Shown here in pieces: positions 55,001 through 64,000 of a stretch of 64,000 nt of DNA. Source of the DNA: the human T2T-CHM13v2.0 reference genome, Homo sapiens; NCBI RefSeq assembly GCF_009914755.1, contig NC_060935.1, one strand, 5' to 3'. The position numbers and the translations under genes are program-made. The first letter of the stretch is position 1. The number at the start of each line of letters is the position of its first letter. Under the pieces are notes generated by a model that worked only from the letters and a program-made list of their open reading frames with translations, made no database searches and was not told the DNA's origin.

Positions 55001-58000
55001 GGAGGGCTTTGAGGCCTGTGGTGGAAAAGGAAAATCTTCACATAAAAACTAGATGGAAGCATTCTCAGAAACTACTTTGTGATGATTGCATTCGACTCAC
55101 AGAGTTGAACATTCCTATAGATAGAGCAGGTTGTAAACAATCTTTTTCTAGAATCTGCGATTGGAGATTTGGACTGCTTTGAGGCCTACTGTAGTAAAGG
55201 AAATAACTTCATCTAAAAACCAAACGGAAGCATTCACAGACAATTCTTAGTGATCATTGGATTGAACTAACACAGCTGAACATTCCTTTAGATGGAGCAG
55301 TTTCCAAACACACTTTCTGTAGAATCTGCAAGTGGATATTTGGACCACTCTGAGGATTTCGTTGGAAACGGGATAAACTTCCCAGAACTACACGGAAGCA
55401 TTCTGAGAAACTTCTTTGTGATGTTTGCATTCAACTCACAGAGTTGAACCTTGCTTTCATAGTTCAGCTTTCAAACACTCTTTTTGTAGAATCTGCAAGT
55501 GGATATTTGGACCACTTTGTGGCCTTCCTTCGAAACGGGTATATCTTCACATCAAACCTAGACAGAAGCATTCTCAGAATGTTTCCTGTGATGACTGCAT
55601 TCAACTCACAGAGGTGAACAATCCTGCTGATGGAGCAGTTTTGAAACTCTCTTTCTTTGGATTCTGCAAGTGGATATGTGGACCTCTGTGAAGATTTCGT
55701 TGGAAACGGGTTCATCTTCACAGAAAAACTAAACAGAAGCATTCTCAGAAACTGCTTTGTGATGTTTGTGTTCCACTTCAGGAATTGAACTTTCCTCTTG
55801 ACAGAGCAGCTCTGAAACCCTCTTATTCTATAATCTGCAAGTGGACATTTGGAGTGCTTTGAGTCCTGTGGTGGAAAAGGAAAATCTTCACATAAAAACT
55901 AGATGGAAGCATTCTCAGAAACTACTTTGTGATGATTGCATTCGACTCACAGAGTTGAACATTCCTATAGATAGAGCAGGTTGTAAACAATCTTTTTGTA
56001 GAAAATGCGATTGGAGATTTGGACTGCTTTGAGGCCTACTGTAGTAAAGGAAATAACTTCATCTAAAAACCAAACGGAAGCATTCACAGACAATTCTTAG
56101 TGATCATTGGATTGAACTAACAGAGCTGAACATTCCTTTAGATGGCGCAGTTTCCAAACCCACTTTCTGTAGAATCTGCAAGTGGATATTTGGACTTCTC
56201 TGAGGATTTCGTTGGAAACGGGATAAACTTCCCAGAACTACACGGAAGCATTGTGAGAAACTTCTTTGTGATGTTTGCATTCAACTCACAGAGTTGAACC
56301 TTGCTTTCATAGTTCAGCTTTCAAACACTCTTTTTGTAGAATCTGCAAGTGGATATTTGGACCACTTTGTGGCCTTCCTTCGAAACGGGTATATCTTCAC
56401 ATCAAACCTAGACAGAAGCATTCTCAGAATGTTTCCTGTGATGACTGCATTCAACTCACAGAGGTGAACAATCCTGCTGATGGAGCAGTTTTGAAACTCT
56501 CTTTCTTTGGATTCTACAAGTGGATATGTGGACCTCTGTGAAGATTTCGTTGGAAACGGGTTCATCTTCACAGAAAAACTAAACAGAAGCATTCTCAGAA
56601 ACTGCTTTGTGATGTTTGTGTTCCACTTCAGGAATTGAACATTCCTCTTGACAGAGCAGCTCTGAAACCCTCTTATTCTAGAATCTGCAAGTGGACATTT
56701 GGAGGGCTTTGAGGCCTGTGGTGGAAAAGGAAAATCTTCACATAAAAACTAGATGGAAGCATTCTCAGAAACTACTTTGTGATGATTGCATTCGACTCAC
56801 AGAGTTGAACATTCCTATAGATAGAGCAGGTTGTAAACAATCTTTTTGTAGAATCTGCGATTGGAGATTCGGACTGCTTTGAGGCCTACTGTAGTAAAGG
56901 AAATAACTTCATCTAAAAACCAAACGGAAGCATTCACAGACAATTCTTAGTGATCATTGCATTGAACTAACAGAGCTGAACATTCCTTTACATGGCGCAG
57001 TTTCCAAACACACTTTCTGTAGAATCTGCAAGTGGATATTTGGACCTCTCTGAGGATTTCGTTGGAAACGGGATAAACTTCCCAGAACTACACGGAAGCA
57101 TTGTGAGAAACTTCTTTGTGATGTTTGCATTCAACTCACAGAGTTGAACCTTGCTTTCATAGTTCAGCTTTCAAACACTTTTTTTGTAGAATCTGCAAGT
57201 GGATATTTGGACCACTTTGTGGCCTTCCTTCGAAACGGGTATATCTTCACATCAAACCTAGACAGAAGCATTCTCAGAATGTTTCCTGTGATGACTGCAT
57301 TCAACTCACAGAGGTGAACAATCCTGCTGATGGAGGAGTTTTGAAACTCTCTTTCTTTGGATTCTGCAAGTGGATATGTGGACCTCTGTGAAGATTTCGT
57401 TGGAAACGGGTTCATCTTCACAGAAAAACTAAACAGAAGCATTCTCAGAAACTGCTTTGTGATGTTTGTGTTCCACTTCAGGAATTGAACTTTCCTCTTG
57501 ACAGAGCAGCTCTGAAACCCTCTTATTCTAGAATCTGCAAGTGGACATTTGGAGGGCTTTGAGGCCTGTGGTGGAAAAGGAAAATCTTCACATAAAAACT
57601 AGATGGAAGCATTCTCAGAAACTACTTTGTGATGATTGCATTCGACTCACAGAGTTGAACATTCCTATAGATAGAGCAGGTTGTAAACAATCTTTTTCTA
57701 GAATCTGCGATTGGAGATTTGGACAGCTTTGAGGCCTACTGTAGTAAAGGAAATAACTTCATCTAAAAACCAAACGGAAGCATTCACAGACAATTCTTAG
57801 TGATCATTGGATTGAACTAACAGAGCTGAACATTCCTTTAGATGGAGCAGTTTCCAAACCCACTTTCTGTAAAATCTGCAAGTGGATATTTGGACTTCTC
57901 TGAGGATTTCGTTGGAAACGGGATAAACTTCCCAGAACTACAGGGAAGCATTGTGAGAAACTTCTTTGTGATGTTTGCATTCAACTCACAGAGTTGAACC

Positions 58001-61000
58001 TTGCTTTTATAGTTCAGCTTTCAAACACTCTTTTTGTAGAATCTGCAAGTGGATATTTGGACCACTTTGTGGCCTTCCTTCGAAACGGGTATATCTTCAC
58101 ATCAAACCTAGACATAAGCATTCTCAGAATGTTTCCTGTGAAGACTGCATTCAACTCACAGAGGTGAACAATCCTGCTGATGGAGCAGTTTTGAAACTCT
58201 CTTTCTTTGGATTCTGCATGTGGATATGTTGACCTCTGTGAAGATTTCGTTGGAAACGGGTTCATCTTCACAGAAAAACTAAACAGGAGCATTCTCAGAA
58301 ACTGCTTTGTGATGTTTGTGTTCCACTTCAAGAATTGAACTTTCCTCTTGACAGAGCAGCTCTGAAACCCTCTTTTTCTAGAATCTGCAAGTGGACATTT
58401 GGAAGGATTTGAGGCCTGTGGTGGAAAAGGAAAATCTTCACATAAAAACTAGATGGAAGCATTCTCAGAAACTACTTTGTGATGATTGCATTCGACGCAC
58501 AGAGTTGAACATTCCTATAGAGAGAGCAGGTTGTAAACAATCTTTTTGTAGAATCTGCGATTGGAGATTTGGACTGCTTTGAGGCTTACTGTAGTAAAGG
58601 AAATAACTTCATCTAAAAACCAAACGGAAGCATTCACAGACAATTCTTAGTGATCATTGGATTGAGCTAACAGAGCTGAACATTCCTTTAGATGGAGCAG
58701 TTTCCAAACCCACTTTCTGTAGAATCTGCAAGTGGATATTTGTACTTCTCTGAGGATTTCGTTGGAAACGGGATAAACTTCCCAGAACTACACGGAAGCA
58801 TTGTGAGAAACTTCTTTGTGATGTTTGCATTCAACTCACAGAGTTGAACCTTGCTTTCATAGTTCAGCTTTCAAACACTCTTTTTGTAGAATCTGCAAGT
58901 GGATATTTGGACCACTTTGTGGCCTTCCTTCGAAACGGGTATATCTTCACATCAAACCTAGACAGAAGCATTCTCAGAATGTTTCCTGTGATGACTGCAT
59001 TCAACTCACAGAGGTGAACAATCCTGCTGATGGAGCAGTTTTGAAACTCTCTTTCTTTGGATTCTGCAAGTGGATATGTGGACCTCTGTGAAGATTTCGT
59101 TGGAAACGGGTTCATCTTCACAGAAAAACTAAACAGAAGCATTCTCAGAAACTGCTTTGTGATGTTTGTGTTCCACTTCAGGAATTGAACTTTCCTCTTG
59201 ACAGAGCAGCTCTGAAACCCTCTTATTCTAGAATCTGCAAGTGGACATTTGGAGGGCTTTGAGGCCTGTGGTGGAAAAGGAAAATCTTCACATAAAAACT
59301 AGATGGAAGCATTCTCAGAAACTACTTTGTGATGATTGCATTCGACTCACAGAGTTGAACATTCCTATAGATAGAGCAGGTTGTAAACAATCTTTTTGTA
59401 GAATCTGCGATTGGAGATTTGGACTGCTTTGAGGCCTACTGTAGTAAAGGAAATAACTTCATCTAAAAACCAAACGGAAGCATTCACAGACAATTCTTAG
59501 TGATCATTGCATTGAACTAACAGAGCTGAACATTCCTTTAGATGGCGCAGTTTCCAAACACACTTTCTGTAGAATCTGCAAGTGGATATTTGGACTTCTC
59601 TGAGGATTTCGTTGGAAACGGGATAAACTTCCCAGAACTACACGGAAGCATTGTGAGAAACTTCTTTGTGATGTTTGCATTCAACTCACAGAGTTGAAAC
59701 TTGCTTTCATAGTTCAGCTTTCAAACACTCTTTTTGTAGAATCTGCAAGTGGATATTTGGACCACTTTGTGGCCTTCCTTCGAAACGGGTATATCTTCAC
59801 ATCAAACCTAGACATAAGCATTCTCAGAATGTTTCCTGTGAAGACTGCATTCAACTCACAGAGATGAACAATCCTGTTGATGGAGCACTTTGGAAACTCT
59901 CTTTCTTTGGATTCTGCAAGTTGATATGTGGACTTCTGTGAAGATTTCGTTGGAAACGGGTTCATCTTCACAGAAAAACTAAACAGAAGCATTCTCAAAA
60001 ACTACTTTGTGATGTTTGTGTTCCACTTCAAGAATTGAACTTTCCTCTTGACAGAGCAGTTCTGAAAACCTCTTTTTCTAGAATCTGCAAGTGGACATTT
60101 GGAGGGCTTTGAGGCCTGTGGTGGAAAAGGAAAATCTTCACATAAAAACTAGATGGAAGCATTCTCAGAAACTACTTTGTGATGATTGCATTCGACTCAC
60201 AGAGTTGAACATTCCTATAGATAGAGCAGGTTGTAAACAATCTTTTTGTAGAATCTGCGATTGGAGATTCGGACTGCTTTGAGGCCTACTGTAGTAAAGG
60301 AAATAACTTCATCTAAAAACCAAACGGAAGCATTCACAGACAATTCTTAGTGATCATTGCATTGAACTAACAGAGCTGAACATTCCTTTACATGGCGCAG
60401 TTTCCAAACACACTTTCTGTAGAATCTGCAAGTGGATATTTGGACCTCTCTGAGGATTTCGTTGGAAACGGGATAAACTTCCCAGAACTACACGGAAGCA
60501 TTGTGAGAAACTTCTTTGTGATGTTTGCATTCAACTCACAGAGTTGAACCTTGCTTTCATAGTTCAGCTTTCAAACACTTTTTTTGTAGAATCTGCAAGT
60601 GGATATTTGGACCACTTTGTGGCCTTCCTTCGAAACGGGTATATCTTCACATCAAACCTAGACAGAAGCATTCTCAGAATGTTTCCTGTGATGACTGCAT
60701 TCAACTCACAGAGGTGAACAATCCTGCTGATGGAGGAGTTTTGAAACTCTCTTTCTTTGGATTCTGCAAGTGGATATGTGGACCTCTGTGAAGATTTCGT
60801 TGGAAACGGGTTCATCTTCACAGAAAAACTAAACAGAAGCATTCTCAGAAACTGCTTTGTGATGTTTGTGTTCCACTTCAGGAATTGAACTTTCCTCTTG
60901 ACAGAGCAGCTCTGAAACCCTCTTATTCTAGAATCTGCAAGTGGACATTTGGAGGGCTTTGAGGCCTGTGGTGGAAAAGGAAAATCTTCACATAAAAACT

Positions 61001-64000
61001 AGATGGAAGCATTCTCAGAAACTACTTTGTGATGATTGCATTCGACTCACAGAGTTGAACATTCCTATAGATAGAGCAGGTTGTAAACAATCTTTTTGTA
61101 GAATCTGCGATTGGAGATTTGGACAGCTTTGAGGCCTACTGTAGTAAAGGAAATAACTTCATCTAAAAACCAAACGGAAGCATTCACAGACAATTCTTAG
61201 TGATCATTGGATTGAACTAACAGAGCTGAACATTCCTTTAGATGGAGCAGTTTCCAAACCCACTTTCTGTAGAATCTGCAAGTGGATATTTGGACTTCTC
61301 TGAGGATTTCGTTGGAAACGGGATAAACTTCCCAGAACTACAGGGAAGCATTGTGAGAAACTTCTTTGTGATGTTTGCATTCAACTCACAGAGTTGAACC
61401 TTGCTTTCATAGTTCAGCTTTCAAACACTCTTTTTGTAGAATCTGCAAGTGGATATTTGGACCACTTTGTGGCCTTCCTTCGAAACGGGTATATCTTCAC
61501 ATCAAACCTAGACAGAAGCATTCTCAGAATGTTTCCTGTGAAGACTGCATTCAACTCACAGAGATGAACAATCCTGTTGATGGAGCACTTTGGAAACTCT
61601 CTTTCTTGGGATTCTGCAAGTTGATATGTGGACCTCTGTGAAGATTTCGTTGGAAACGGGTTCATCTTCACAGAAAAACTAAACAGAAGCATTCTCAAAA
61701 ACTACTTTGTGATGTTTGTGTTCCACTTCAAGAATTGAAGTTTCCTCTTGACAGAGCAGCTCTGAAAACCTCTTTTTCTAGAATCTGCAAGTGGACATTT
61801 GGAGGGCTTTGAGGCCTGTGGTGGAAAAGGAAAATCTTCACATAAAAACTAGATGGAAGCATTCTCAGAAACTACTTTGTGATGATTGCATTCGACTCAC
61901 AGAGTTGAACATTCCTATAGATAGAGCAGGTTGTAAACAATCTTTTTGTAGAAAATGCGATTGGAGATTTGGACAGCTTTGAGGCCTACTGTAGTAAAGG
62001 AAATAACTTCATCTAAAAACCAAACGGAAGCATTCACAGACAATTCTTAGTGATCATTGCATTGAACTAACAGAGCTGAACATTCCTTTAGATGGCGCAG
62101 TTTCCAAACACACTTTCTGTAGAATCTGCAAGTGGATATTTGGACCTCTCTGAGGATTTCGTTGGAAACGGGATAAACTTCCCAGAACTACACGGAAGCA
62201 TGCTGAGAAACTTCTTTGTGATGTTTGCATTCAACTCACAGAGTTGAACCTTGCTTTCATAGTTCAGCTTTCAAACACTCTTTTTGTAGAATCTGCAAGT
62301 GGATATTTGGACCACTTTGTGGCCTTCCTTCGAAACGGGTATATCTTCACATCAAACCTAGACAGAAGCATTCTCAGAATGTTTCCTGTGATGACTGCAT
62401 TCAACTCACAGAGGTGAACAATCCTGCTGATGGAGCAATTTTGAAACTCTCTTTCTTTGGATTCTGCAAGTGGATATGTGGACCTCTGTGAAGATTTCGT
62501 TGGAAACGGGTTCATCTTCACAGAAAAACTAAACAGAAGCATTCTCAGAAACTGCTTTGTGATGTTTGTGTTCCACTTCAGGAATTGAACTTTCCTCTTG
62601 ACAGAGCAGCTCTGAAACCCTCTTATTCTAGAATCTGCAAGTGGACATTTGGAGGGGTTTGAGGCCTGTGGTGGAAAAGGAAAATCTTCACATAAAAACT
62701 AGATGGAAGCATTCTCAGAAACTACTTTGTGATGATTGCATTCGACTCACAGAGTTGAACATTCCTATAGATAGAGCAGGTTGTAAACAATCTTTTTGTA
62801 GAATCTGCGATTGGAGATTTGGACTGCTTTGAGGCCTACTGTAGTAAAGGAAATAACTTCATCTAAAAACCAAACGGAAGCATTCACAGACAATTCTTAG
62901 TGATCATTGCATTGAACTAACAGAGCTGAACATTCCTTTAGATGGAGCAGTTTCCAAACACACTTTCTGTAGAACCTGCAAGTGGATATTTGGACCTCTC
63001 TGAGGATTTCGTTGGAAACGGGATAAACTTCCCAGAGCTACACGGAAGCATTGTGAGAAACTTCTTTGTGATGTTTGCATTCAACTCACAGAGTTGAACC
63101 TTGCTTTCATAGTTCAGCTTTCAAACACTCTTTTTGTAGAATCTGCAAGTGGATATTTGGACCACTTTGTGGCCTTCCTTCGAAACGGGTATATCTTCAC
63201 ATCAAACCTAGACAGAAGCATTCTCAGAATGTTTCCTGTGATGACTGCATTCAACTCACAGAGGTGAACAATTCTGCTGATGGAGCAGTTTTGAAACTCT
63301 CTTTCTTTGGATTCTGCAAGTGGATATGTGGACCTCTATGAAGATTTCGTTGGAAACGGGTTCATCTTCACAGAAAAACTAAACAGAAACATTCTCACAA
63401 ACTGCTTTGTGATGTTTGTGTTCCACTTCAGGAATTGAACTTTCCTCTTGACAGAGCAGCTCTGAAACCCTCTTTTTCTAGAATCTGCAAGTGGACATTT
63501 GGAGGGCTTTGAGGCCTGTGGTGGAAAAGGAAAATCTTCACATAAAAACTAGATGGAAGCATTCTCACAAACTACTTTGTGATGATTGCATTCGACTCAC
63601 AGAGTTGAACATTCCTATAGATAGAGCAGGTTGTAAACAATCTTTTTGTAGAATCTGCGATTGGAGATTTGGACTGCTTTGAGGCCTACTGTAGTAAAGG
63701 AAATAACTTCATCTAAAAACCAAACGGAAGCATTCACAGACAATTCTTAGTGATCATTGGATTGAACTAACAGAGCTGAACATTCCTTTAGATGGCGCAG
63801 TTTCCAAACACACTTTCTGTAGAATCTGCAAGTGGATATTTGGACTTCTCTGAGGATTTCGTTGGAAACGGGATAAATTTCCCAGAACTACACGGAAGCA
63901 TTGTGAGAAACTTCTTTGTGATGTTTGCATTCAACTCACAGAGTTGAACCTTGCTTTCATAGTTCAGCTTTCAAACCCTCTTTTTGTAGAATCTGCAAGG
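43073..64000 (+). repeat. Near-identical segmental duplication with 11,900-bp (14-HOR) offset: ~43073-52100 = ~54973-64000, running off the window end
   Basis: Rare SNVs recur at +11900: TCTATA 43927/55827, gattgagct ~46760/58660, tgtacttc 46841/58741, agaattgaag 49831/61731, ggataaattt 51971/63871 and atctgcaagg 52091/63991. Confidence 0.92.

Larger units (their letters stand above)
1..64000 (+). repeat. Centromeric alpha satellite higher-order repeat array, 5-mer 850-bp HOR (~75.3 copies), most likely human chr11 D11Z1 (SF3)
   Basis: ~171-bp monomers carry alphoid motifs (cattctcagaaact, tgtagaatctgcaagtggatatttgg) and CENP-B boxes. The 850-bp period is exact ('cttagtgatc' at 1, 851, 1701 ... 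62896, 63746, and in the ORF track). An 850-bp XbaI pentamer is the classical description of D11Z1. Alpha satellite identity is near-certain; the chromosome assignment is from recalled knowledge. Confidence 0.95.

Noticed and set aside
180-63682. Recurrent 63-105 aa ORFs on both strands (MHSTHRVEPC..., MDIWRALRP..., MLLFSFSVK...)
   Set aside because: They are translations of the satellite, repeated every 850 bp. The + strand ones mostly start at TTG/GTG rather than ATG, they overlap on opposite strands, and they are made or broken by random SNVs. I recognise no protein family.
1-64000. CRISPR-like repeat/spacer array or other prokaryotic system
   Set aside because: There are no unique spacers and no cas or other genes. 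The sequence between conserved motifs is itself repeated, and the DNA is eukaryotic satellite.
1-64000. Hidden L1/Alu insertion, inversion or non-satellite island
   Set aside because: The 850-bp phase and CENP-B box orientation are unbroken from end to end, leaving no room for an insertion. I saw no poly(A) tails.

Overview
The whole 64 kb is one uninterrupted, single-orientation array of primate centromeric alpha satellite. The basic unit is a 5-monomer, 850-bp higher-order repeat (HOR), present as 75 complete copies plus a 255-bp partial copy. Each HOR typically has one XbaI site and two intact CENP-B boxes. This matches the SF3 pentameric array of human chromosome 11 (D11Z1 / S3C11H1L); the assignment is from recalled knowledge, not a database search. 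I found no genes, RNA genes, transposon insertions, inversions or monomer-number variants. The ORF track is just the satellite translated once per 850 bp. The net indel load is 5 bp (a 4-bp and a 1-bp deletion). I see no new gene-based system. The interesting signal is in the SNV pattern between HOR copies. It shows a 6-HOR (5.1 kb) super-repeat with a nested 5-HOR duplication, a 12/14-HOR near-identical duplication containing a 1.7-kb foreign-haplotype insert, and long-range paralogous blocks. It also shows chimeric HORs and a local cluster of inactivated CENP-B boxes. HOR copies are numbered from the 'cttagtgatc' phase: unit 1 = 1, unit 9 = 6797, unit 19 = 15296, otherwise every 850 bp. All comparisons were made by eye.
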